IMG/VR virus record: IMGVR_UViG_3300046786_000603
Span: 1 to 35,808 of that record
Direction: 5' to 3' (one strand)
DNA length: 35,808 nucleotides
Source of the DNA: a virus
Lineage: Duplodnaviria; Caudoviricetes
Shown here: in pieces, positions 18,646 to 26,319 of the stretch
Layout: each line of letters begins with the position of its first letter
How positions within the stretch are numbered: the first letter of the stretch is position 1
Translations under genes and position numbers: made by a program
Notes under the pieces: generated by a model
The model's database searches: none
What the model saw: the letters and a program-made list of their open reading frames with translations, nothing else
Told to the model about the DNA's origin: nothing

Positions 18646-19244
18646 TGAAATGCTCTCAAGGTCAAAATGATATGCTTGGCTTCGCAGGAATAAACATTCC
18701 AAAGTATTTGATTGTTCATCATACCGGTGGAACTGACGCTGATCCTTTAGCTGATACATCGAATCATACCTTCGAGATCGTAGATAACTATCACAAGAGT
18801 CTCGGTTGGGGAAAGATCGGATATCATTATTTCATCGACAAGAAAGGAAAGCTCACACAAGGAAGACTCGACACAGAGATCGGTGCTCATACCATCGGAA
18901 AGAACTCTCAATCACTTGGGATCTGTCTCGCAGGAAACTTTGACGCAACACTTCCAACTGAAGCACAGAGACAAACTCTTGGGATCTTACTGAAGAAGAA
19001 GACTGTCGAATATAAAATCTCACCTGAAGATATCTGTCCACATAGAGAGTTCGCTTCGAAGACTTGCTATGGCAACAAGCTTCACAATATGTGGGCAGAA
19101 GATCTCATTCGTGAAGTTCAAGCTCCTGTCTTCAATATGGAAGTATCAATCAATAAAGTGAAAACATACATCGAGCAACCAAAGAAGAAAGAGTCATTCT
19201 TCGCAGTGTTGCTTCGAATTATTATAAGTTTATTTTCAAAGTAA
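18645..19244 (+). CDS. N-acetylmuramoyl-L-alanine amidase (Amidase_2, T7 lysozyme type) endolysin
   Basis: IVHHT, IGYHY, GAHT, SLGICL.GNF, HRE..KTC. Confidence 0.92.
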   Translation: MKCSQGQNDMLGFAGINIPKYLIVHHTGGTDADPLADTSNHTFEIVDNYHKSLGWGKIGYHYFIDKKGKLTQGRLDTEIGAHTIGKNSQSLGICLAGNFDATLPTEAQRQTLGILLKKKTVEYKISPEDICPHREFASKTCYGNKLHNMWAEDLIREVQAPVFNMEVSINKVKTYIEQPKKKESFFAVLLRIIISLFSK

Positions 19245-19245
19245 T

Positions 19246-19752
19246 ATGCTAATACAAAAACTAAAAAAAGAAGTGAATGATACAGGTGCTCTTTTGATTA
19301 AGGTTGGAGACAATGTTCCATTCAGTATCAATTCAGAAGAGTATGAAGAGAAGCAAGAATGGTTCATCAAAGGTGGATATTCAATCGTGCCATCATTTAC
19401 ACAAAACAATCTGCAACCTAGAACTTTGCTCTGTGCTCGTCTTGAGAAAGATATCACGATCTCAATCAATCGTCCCCTAGTCAATGGAGAAAAGCTTCCT
19501 GCTAATTCTGAAGAAATTGGAAGTAAATTGGAAGTTGAACAACTCGATTCATTGATCAGTGCAGTATTCTTCGACAAGAAGACGCTTGAGATGGCAGGAA
19601 AAGAGATCCGAATCAGAGACATACTCCCATACAGTGAAGCTTGTGTCGAATCATTTAAGAAAAGATTCCCTGATCGTGAAGTTGATCTGAATGATTTTGC
19701 AATAGTGACGATCGATTGGAAGAAAAAGAACATTCAGATTCGTCCGGTGTAG
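19246..19752 (+). CDS. Hypothetical protein
   Basis: Operon packing. Confidence 0.65.
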   Translation: MLIQKLKKEVNDTGALLIKVGDNVPFSINSEEYEEKQEWFIKGGYSIVPSFTQNNLQPRTLLCARLEKDITISINRPLVNGEKLPANSEEIGSKLEVEQLDSLISAVFFDKKTLEMAGKEIRIRDILPYSEACVESFKKRFPDREVDLNDFAIVTIDWKKKNIQIRPV

Positions 19753-19800
19753 TTATCAACACGAGAATCGCTTCCCCTTGCATTATTCTTGCAGTATAAT
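19753..19800 (+). promoter_or_regulatory. DnaA-like box plus -10 of the tRNA promoter
   Basis: TTATCAACA 19753-19761; TATAAT 19795-19800. Confidence 0.55.
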
Positions 19801-19816
19801 AAAAGAGTAAAGTCAT

Positions 19817-19888
19817 AGCAGGGTAGAGAAGTGGTATCTCGCAAGGTTCATTCCCTTGAGGTCGGACGTTCGATTCGTCCCCCTGCAA
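19817..19888 (+). tRNA. Initiator-type tRNA-Met (CAT) with atypical U37-C38 and A29:U41
   Basis: Full cloverleaf: acceptor GCAGGG/CCCTGC with A1xA72 mismatch, D stem GAGA/TCTC (A11:U24), anticodon stem CAAGG/CCTTG with loop TTCATTC, T arm GGACG-TTCGATT-CGTCC, A73; CCA not encoded. Confidence 0.92.
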
Positions 19889-19917
19889 CATTATCAATAA
19901 TTTATTTGAAAAAGATT

Positions 19918-21030
19918 ATGAAAAATACAAATGAAAAGAATCCAAAGTTGATCAGCAATGTTTTACTAGAAGTGAAGCCGAAAGACTTCATTGCAGGATT
20001 CGAATCAGGAGTAGCATTCGAGATCAGAAACGAGTCAGGAGATTGGGAGAAGTATATGTCTATGCCTGAAAAGCAATACAAGGAAGGTATCTTCGACACT
20101 ATGTCTTGCACCAACTTCGACACGCTGAAGATCATTCAAGGTCAAATAAATTTCTTACTCAAAAACAATAAGATCCCTGAAGACAAGAGAGTTCTTATGA
20201 CTGCTCTTGGATATTTCGATGGCGATGGAATGGTGAACTTCTCTGAAGCTTTCAATGCCATCACATCAGGAACGACAGCTCAAGGAAATTATCTTCAGAA
20301 TCCACCTGAAGCAGTTCGCAAATTTGGACTTCTTCCACAGAAGGACTTCATCACACCGGAGAATGTTTCAAACTTCGATGAATGGATCGATCCAAAGAGA
20401 ATCACACCGGAGATGTATGCTAAAGCAAAACGATTCAATGAGATCTTTGATGTCTCATACGAATGGATCTGCACCGGCACACCAAACGATGAAGCTCTTA
20501 TTCGTCACGCAAAACAAGCTCCGATCTCAATTGCGATTGGACTATGTGGAGATTGGTTCAATGCTGATGGCAAGATTGGTCTCTGTGACAATAAAAATCC
20601 ACATCACGCAGTCTCACTCATTGCGATCAACAACACTCTATACAAGCGAATATCTGATCAATACGTGCCATTCCTGAAGACACTCGACACGAAGTATCAC
20701 ATCGCTTGGGCTTTGAAGATCATCGTGACAGTGAAGCAACCGGTCAAACCTTCTCAACCTATCAAGTTTCAATGGACTCGTGGTCTCAAAGCAGGAGATC
20801 GTGGATATGATGTCGTAATGCTTCAGAGAGTTCTTATGCTCGAAGTTCCGACAGTATTCAACATCAAGAATCCGACTGACTTCTTTGGTGCAAGAACATT
20901 CGCAGGAGTCGTCGCTCTTCAAGAGAAGTATGCTTCAGAGATCCTTGCTCCATTCAAGCTGAAGAAAGGCACAGGAGCAATTCCGATGAATGGGACAACT
21001 TATAAATTCTTAAATAAAAAATATGCTTAA
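19918..21030 (+). CDS. Papain-like cysteine peptidase with C-terminal peptidoglycan-binding domain
   Basis: Q....TMSCT, PHHAV, SDQY; LKAGDRG.DV..LQ..L..FFG..T...V..LQEKYASEIL; start moved to ATG 19918. Confidence 0.72.
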   Translation: MKNTNEKNPKLISNVLLEVKPKDFIAGFESGVAFEIRNESGDWEKYMSMPEKQYKEGIFDTMSCTNFDTLKIIQGQINFLLKNNKIPEDKRVLMTALGYFDGDGMVNFSEAFNAITSGTTAQGNYLQNPPEAVRKFGLLPQKDFITPENVSNFDEWIDPKRITPEMYAKAKRFNEIFDVSYEWICTGTPNDEALIRHAKQAPISIAIGLCGDWFNADGKIGLCDNKNPHHAVSLIAINNTLYKRISDQYVPFLKTLDTKYHIAWALKIIVTVKQPVKPSQPIKFQWTRGLKAGDRGYDVVMLQRVLMLEVPTVFNIKNPTDFFGARTFAGVVALQEKYASEILAPFKLKKGTGAIPMNGTTYKFLNKKYA

Positions 21031-21292
21031 AAGAATCATCAACTGGATACTCAAATTGTTTCGACGTGATACCTATGGAATCACTCAAGCTTTCATCGAC
21101 AGGAAGAAAGCGAACACGAAAGATGTTGCACCTTCTAAAAAGGATATGCCAAAGAAGATGGTTGTTCCACGATGGGAGAAACCTTGCAAACATTGTGGAG
21201 ATCCTATGATGGTTTCAATCGGTCAGATTGTTTTCACACATCGGTCTTGTCGAACCGATTATCGAAGACACTTGAGATCTCGATACGCATAA
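21023..21292 (+). CDS. Basic zinc-finger-like protein
   Basis: CKHC..H..C. Confidence 0.55.
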   Translation: MLKRIINWILKLFRRDTYGITQAFIDRKKANTKDVAPSKKDMPKKMVVPRWEKPCKHCGDPMMVSIGQIVFTHRSCRTDYRRHLRSRYA

Positions 21293-21293
21293 T

Positions 21294-21713
21294 ATGAAAG
21301 CTTCAAAATTCCCTAGAGAATATATTGGTTTCGATCTTGGAGAGAACAAGTTTCTTGATGAGAATGCTTTGATGAGTAAAGGGATCACACTCGCACCTGA
21401 TGGACTTCCCTATTTCAATCAGATCCCTTCAAATGACTTCGTGCTTCTTTGGTTCTCCGGACAGAAGGACAAGAACAATCAAAAGATCTATGAAGGTGAT
21501 ATCTGCAAGATGAATGTGCAGAACGAATGGGGATCTTTCATTCAAGCTCTTGGTATTATGAGATGGGTTGAGCACAGTTCTCAATTCATTCTCACGATGG
21601 GGGCACAGGTTGGGAATCAATACTTCCACGTGGTTGATGTTGAGAAGGTTGGGCACGAGTTGACTCACCCTGATCTATTACAAGAGATAAACGATAAAGC
21701 TAAAAAAGTCTAA
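21294..21713 (+). CDS. YopX-family protein
   Basis: SGQKDKN.QKIYEGDI..EKVG....HPDLL. Confidence 0.8.
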   Translation: MKASKFPREYIGFDLGENKFLDENALMSKGITLAPDGLPYFNQIPSNDFVLLWFSGQKDKNNQKIYEGDICKMNVQNEWGSFIQALGIMRWVEHSSQFILTMGAQVGNQYFHVVDVEKVGHELTHPDLLQEINDKAKKV

Positions 21714-21913
21714 TGGATAGAAAAGAAAAAGGATCAGTTGTTGAAGCATTGCCATCACTCAAGTTCAGAGTTGAATTTGCTGATGGGAAAATAATGTTTT
21801 GTTATCTTGCCGGTCGTCTGCACAAGAACTTCATCAGAGTTATTGTTGGCGACAAAGTGGAAGTGGTCATTCCATCTCAAGGCAATATCGGTAGGATAGT
21901 CAAACGATTCTAA
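21713..21913 (+). CDS. infA: Translation initiation factor IF-1 homologue
   Basis: G.VVEALP...FRVE.......YLAGRL.KNFIRV..GDKVEV.......GRIV.R. Confidence 0.93.
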   Translation: MDRKEKGSVVEALPSLKFRVEFADGKIMFCYLAGRLHKNFIRVIVGDKVEVVIPSQGNIGRIVKRF

Positions 21914-21920
21914 AATATGA

Positions 21921-22151
21921 ATGGCACGTGTCACAAAGTCTTTACAAGCACCAGAGCAAGGATATCGTCACAGAGATCATCGCTCTCAAAAAGGTCGGTC
22001 TCAATCAAAGAGTAAATACAAGCGAAAGGTGAGCGTTGCTTTCAAAACAAAGAAACAGACTGAAGCAGAATTGGCAAAGCTCAATGAAGCAGATCTGTAT
22101 GAGATACAAATGATTCCGATTCGTAATCGATGGAGAAATGAAAAATGGTAG
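21921..22151 (+). CDS. Small basic hypothetical protein
   Basis: R/K-rich; overlaps the TerL start. Confidence 0.6.
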   Translation: MARVTKSLQAPEQGYRHRDHRSQKGRSQSKSKYKRKVSVAFKTKKQTEAELAKLNEADLYEIQMIPIRNRWRNEKW

Positions 22152-23617
22152 AAGCAAAATATGACAAACTAAAGATTCGAGATATGGTCGCTTCGATGTA
22201 TAAGAACGAAGATGGAAATCCTATCTATCTCACACCTTCACAGGTGGAGATTTTTGCGTCTATTGCAATGCGTCTTCACCCTAGAATTCACTGTGAGACA
22301 TTCACACGTTTTGGAAAGTCTCGCACCACAGCTCTTGCAGTGTTGACTCGTGCTTCATCATATCCGGAGAAGTGGGCTATTGTGGCAGGAACAAAAGACA
22401 AAGCGAAGATCATTATGAACTATGTGAATGCTCACATCTTTGATAATGAGTTCACAGCTTCTCGCTTTCGTATGGACAAAGGAGACAGTGCAGAAGCAAT
22501 CAGACGTCATCGAAACAAAAACCATATCACCTTCGATGTTGGGAATGGATTGATCGGTGAAATTTTTATATGTTCAGCAAAAGAAGCTCTTGGATTCGGA
22601 GCACAGAATGTTGTTGAAGACGAATCAGCAATCATCAATGATCAAGATCACGCTTTGGTTATGCGTATGCTTGGAGACAATCCACACGACAACTTTCTTT
22701 TTAAGATCGGAAACCCTTTCAATCGAAATCACTTTTTGAAATCTCGTCTTGATCCTGACTATCACAAAATACTTATTGACTGTTATCAAGGAATCCACGA
22801 AGGACGTATCACTCAAGAGACAATCGATGAAGCAAGTAAATATTCTTTTTTCAAAATTTTATATGAATGCAAATTCCCTGAAGCCGATGAGATCGATGAT
22901 AAAGGTTGGAGTTATCTTTTGACTGAAGAAGATATCAAGAGAGCACAAGATCGATGGGCAACAATGACTCCGACAGGTGCAAAGAGACTTGGAAACGACA
23001 TCGCTCGTGGTGGTCGAAACTTCAATGTGTGGTGCTTACGTGGAGACAACTATGCAACATATCTTGAAAAGAATCACGAAAACAATTTGATGAATGTCGC
23101 AGGAAAAAACATCGCTCTATCTCAAGAACATCACGTCTTGAATGGAAATGTATTTCTTGATGATACCGGAGTCGGTGGTGGAGTGACTGATAAGATGTTA
23201 GAAGAAGGATATTCCCCTGTCGCAGTTCAGCTTGGAGCTAAAGCAACAGAACTCGAAACGAGATTCAATCCAAAGTCAGGAAAAGAAGAAGACATTCCTG
23301 CCTATGCGAATATGAGAGCACAGCTCTATGCAGGGAAAAGGGGAGTTCAGTATTGGGTAAAGCATATTGGTGCTCTTGATCCTGATCAGAATTGGGAAGA
23401 GTTGACTCGTATCAGATACAAGAAGAATGGATCAGGAGTTACGATGATTGAATCGAAAGAAGATATGCGAAAGCGTGGAGAAGAATCTCCTGATGACGCT
23501 GACGCTTTTATGCTTACGTTTGCAGACTCAAACTTTGTCGAAAAGAAGGAGTTCAAAATGCCTGATCCGAAAGCAATTCTCGATCAAGGTAATCGACAAG
23601 GTTGGAATCTTTTATAA
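22145..23617 (+). CDS. terL: Terminase large subunit
   Basis: TRFGKS Walker A, VVEDE Walker B, GNP, GNDIARGG, DDTGVGGG, SPDDADA. Confidence 0.95.
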   Translation: MVEAKYDKLKIRDMVASMYKNEDGNPIYLTPSQVEIFASIAMRLHPRIHCETFTRFGKSRTTALAVLTRASSYPEKWAIVAGTKDKAKIIMNYVNAHIFDNEFTASRFRMDKGDSAEAIRRHRNKNHITFDVGNGLIGEIFICSAKEALGFGAQNVVEDESAIINDQDHALVMRMLGDNPHDNFLFKIGNPFNRNHFLKSRLDPDYHKILIDCYQGIHEGRITQETIDEASKYSFFKILYECKFPEADEIDDKGWSYLLTEEDIKRAQDRWATMTPTGAKRLGNDIARGGRNFNVWCLRGDNYATYLEKNHENNLMNVAGKNIALSQEHHVLNGNVFLDDTGVGGGVTDKMLEEGYSPVAVQLGAKATELETRFNPKSGKEEDIPAYANMRAQLYAGKRGVQYWVKHIGALDPDQNWEELTRIRYKKNGSGVTMIESKEDMRKRGEESPDDADAFMLTFADSNFVEKKEFKMPDPKAILDQGNRQGWNLL

Positions 23618-23618
23618 G

Positions 23619-23660
23619 TTATACACAGAACTATCTTGTATAAAAAAATAATGTTATAAT
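23619..23660 (+). promoter_or_regulatory. DnaA box plus extended -10 before portal
   Basis: TTATACACA 23619-23627; TGTTATAAT 23652-23660. Confidence 0.6.
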
Positions 23661-23675
23661 ATATTTATAAATTGA

Positions 23676-25385
23676 ATGGCAGAAACTAAACAACTTGTGA
23701 AAACATACGATGATGAAACTTTGATCGAATCACGTGTTCAGGCGTATCGAGAAGGTGCATACAATCATCAAGAAAGACGTCACTCCGAATGGCGTGAAAC
23801 TTATTCTTTGTATAGAGATCGTGTCTTCGTGAATCGTTTGACTCAAAGACAATCAGTGAATGTTCCTTTGATGAAGGAATCTATTCGAACAATGCTATCG
23901 AAGACAGATGAATTTACTGATCTTTATTTTGAATCACTATCCGGAGATAAACAAAAAGAAATATTCGTGAATGAATATTGGAAGTGGTTTTATAATGAAG
24001 ACAATCTTGAACTAAAAGATATTGTGGACAAGAAGCAAGTCGCTCTTTATGGTCGTTCAATAATGAAATTGAACCTAATGCAAGGACGTCCAACTATTGA
24101 TATTCTTGAACCTTACGATTGGCTTTGTGATAGATATGCAGATCCGGCAGATATCGAGCACACAGCGAACTATCAAGCACACGTGAATATCTTTAAGTCT
24201 ATTTCTGATATTGAAGCAGATGAAACTTTTGATAAAGAAGGAGTTGCAAAACTTCGATTGAAATATGCTGAATCTTTGGGACTCGCTCTTTCTGAAGAGA
24301 ATGTGAAATCACTTCAAGCAAAGAATGAGCGTATGCAAGATATGGGACTTTGGGACATAAACAATCCGTCAGTTGGTCAGACTTATGTTGAATTGAATGA
24401 GCACTATATCAGACTATGGGACGAAGAATCAGAGCGTCTTGTGATCCACCTTCGAATCACAGCAGATGGAATCACTCTATTCAATAAGAAACTTGAAGAT
24501 ATGTTTGGAATCAACTTCTTCCCTTTCATCACTTGGGCAGATGATATCGAGAAAACAGATATTTGGTCAGATGGTATGGGAGATATTATTCGAACACCGA
24601 ATAAGATCTTGAATTCTTGGTTCTCTCAAATGGTAGAGAATAGAGTTCTTCGAAACTTTGGAATGCACTTCTATGACGCAACTGCTTCAGACAAATGGAT
24701 TCCACAAACTTATGATCCTGTTCCTTTCGGTTGGTATCCAACAGCAGGAGATCCAAACAAGGTGACAAAGCAAGTAAACATTCCTGATCTATCTGAATCA
24801 ATGGACGAGATGAACTTCCTTATTGGTATGGTAGAACGTGCCACAGCGTCCACAGCGACAGAGAAAGGAGTTGATGAAGGGAAAGATGTCACTCTTGGTC
24901 AAGTGAAGCTGATGTTGGCAAATAGTAATCAAAGAATCACATCGATCGCAAAGTTCTATCGTCTTGCAAGAATCGAGCTTGGTGAGAAATGGTATAAGTT
25001 CGTGATGGCAAATGAGAAATGGATCGAACCGGTGAAACTATTTAAGAAATCTTATAAAGGAAATTATTATTCTGAAGAAGTGAATGTTGCTGATTGGAAA
25101 GATGAGATCGGATATGCTTGTAAAGTTATGAGCACAGCAGAGCGTGATCAGAAAACTATTGAATCAATTCAGAAGCTTCAAGCTATTTCAGGAATGTTCC
25201 CTGAAAATGTTCCCTTAAAACAAATACTCAAAAAGAAAGCACTTGATATGGTCGAACTATCACCTGAAGAGATTGATGAAGTGATGTCATTCGATGAACA
25301 GAATGGTCTTAATGGAGAAGAAAATGCAGGGCTAGATAAAAGCAAGATATCCACACCAGAAAATCCTGCAATTCCTGTGCAATAA
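23676..25385 (+). CDS. Portal protein (P22-like)
   Basis: 569 aa directly after TerL; portal-like helical and FPF..W..G patterns. Confidence 0.85.
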   Translation: MAETKQLVKTYDDETLIESRVQAYREGAYNHQERRHSEWRETYSLYRDRVFVNRLTQRQSVNVPLMKESIRTMLSKTDEFTDLYFESLSGDKQKEIFVNEYWKWFYNEDNLELKDIVDKKQVALYGRSIMKLNLMQGRPTIDILEPYDWLCDRYADPADIEHTANYQAHVNIFKSISDIEADETFDKEGVAKLRLKYAESLGLALSEENVKSLQAKNERMQDMGLWDINNPSVGQTYVELNEHYIRLWDEESERLVIHLRITADGITLFNKKLEDMFGINFFPFITWADDIEKTDIWSDGMGDIIRTPNKILNSWFSQMVENRVLRNFGMHFYDATASDKWIPQTYDPVPFGWYPTAGDPNKVTKQVNIPDLSESMDEMNFLIGMVERATASTATEKGVDEGKDVTLGQVKLMLANSNQRITSIAKFYRLARIELGEKWYKFVMANEKWIEPVKLFKKSYKGNYYSEEVNVADWKDEIGYACKVMSTAERDQKTIESIQKLQAISGMFPENVPLKQILKKKALDMVELSPEEIDEVMSFDEQNGLNGEENAGLDKSKISTPENPAIPVQ

Positions 25386-25395
25386 ATGTTATAAT
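25347..25395 (+). promoter_or_regulatory. DnaA-like box plus extended -10
   Basis: ATATCCACA 25347-25355; TGTTATAAT 25387-25395. Confidence 0.5.
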
Positions 25396-25405
25396 AAATA
25401 AATCA

Positions 25406-25741
25406 ATGGACGAAATATTCGCAAAATTTGGATTGAAGAGAGAAGATATGAATACTCAAGAGCTTGAGACTCTTGAGCGTTGGGCACAATCACTTTCTCA
25501 ATCACAGGTCACTATTCCTGATCTGAAAAATTATCTCATCGAAATGATCACAGCTCTTGAAAGGGAGTTGTCAGGTCACGATTATCCGAAAGGTTTTGTT
25601 GAGTTGCTATTCAGGAAAAGACGAGAGCGTCACCTGAAGGCACGACTTCACAATTATATTCTCTTGAGAGATTTTCTAATCGCTCCGGAGAAAGCAAGGT
25701 CGTATGTGGAGAAACATTTAAGTAATTTGAAAAAAACATAA
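25406..25741 (+). CDS. Head-region hypothetical protein
   Basis: Between portal and scaffold. Confidence 0.7.
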   Translation: MDEIFAKFGLKREDMNTQELETLERWAQSLSQSQVTIPDLKNYLIEMITALERELSGHDYPKGFVELLFRKRRERHLKARLHNYILLRDFLIAPEKARSYVEKHLSNLKKT

Positions 25742-25890
25742 TGGTAAAGAAAAAAAAAGTTGTGAAGACAAAAAAGGTAGTTGTAAAAAAAGCTCCAAAG
25801 AAATCTTCAAAGAAAGGTGGTAAAATGAAAGCAGATCCAAAAATGGGAATGATGGATAAAAAAATGATGAAAGGTGTGAAAGTTATGTAG
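25741..25890 (+). CDS. 49-aa Lys/Met-rich histone-like protein (not in ORF track)
   Basis: MVKKKKVVKTKKVVVKKAPKKSSKKGGKMKADPKMGMMDKKMMKGVKVM*; TAATG coupling. Confidence 0.7.
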   Translation: MVKKKKVVKTKKVVVKKAPKKSSKKGGKMKADPKMGMMDKKMMKGVKVM

Positions 25891-25940
25891 CACCATCATT
25901 GAGTCGAATATTATAAATAGCTTAATTTAAGAAAATTCAA

Positions 25941-26252
25941 ATGGATACACAATCAAAAGAAATGCTTGAAGCAATTTTAGCAAAAAGTAAAGATTCATTA
26001 TCAACCGAAGAACTTGGTTTCTTGATGGCTCGTCGTTCTTACTTGAATGACGCAGACACAGCAAGATATGCTGATCTGATCAAGAAGCACGAGAAGGGAG
26101 AATTGTTCTCTACTTCTTCAGAAAAAGATCTTGGAGAAATGTCTTTGAAAGAATTGAAAGCAATTGCTAAAGATGAAGAAATTGATATCACTGGTCTAAA
26201 GAAAGAAAGTGATATCATTGACGCTATCAATGAAGCTCGTGGAGAAGAATAA
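25941..26252 (+). CDS. Protein with C-terminal Rho-N/HEH-like nucleic-acid-binding motif
   Basis: L.EMSLKELKAIAK...I..TGLKK.SDIIDAI. Confidence 0.7.
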   Translation: MDTQSKEMLEAILAKSKDSLSTEELGFLMARRSYLNDADTARYADLIKKHEKGELFSTSSEKDLGEMSLKELKAIAKDEEIDITGLKKESDIIDAINEARGEE

Positions 26253-26319
26253 AAATTCTCTAGTCGTATTATTCAAATAACTATGCCAAACCCTTGAAAC
26301 ATAGGACGGCTTGAATCAA

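Noticed and set aside
19842-19858. Reading the anticodon as TCA (opal suppressor, Trp or Sec)
   Set aside because: The 5-bp stem CAAGG/CCTTG centres CAT in a 7-nt loop, initiator determinants are present, and no gene needs TGA readthrough.
19831-19917. N-terminal extension of the peptidase ORF
   Set aside because: It runs through the tRNA gene; ATG 19918 is more plausible.
26283-26297. Upstream mini-ORF MPNP* before scaffold
   Set aside because: Only four codons and embedded in a hairpin; no independent support.
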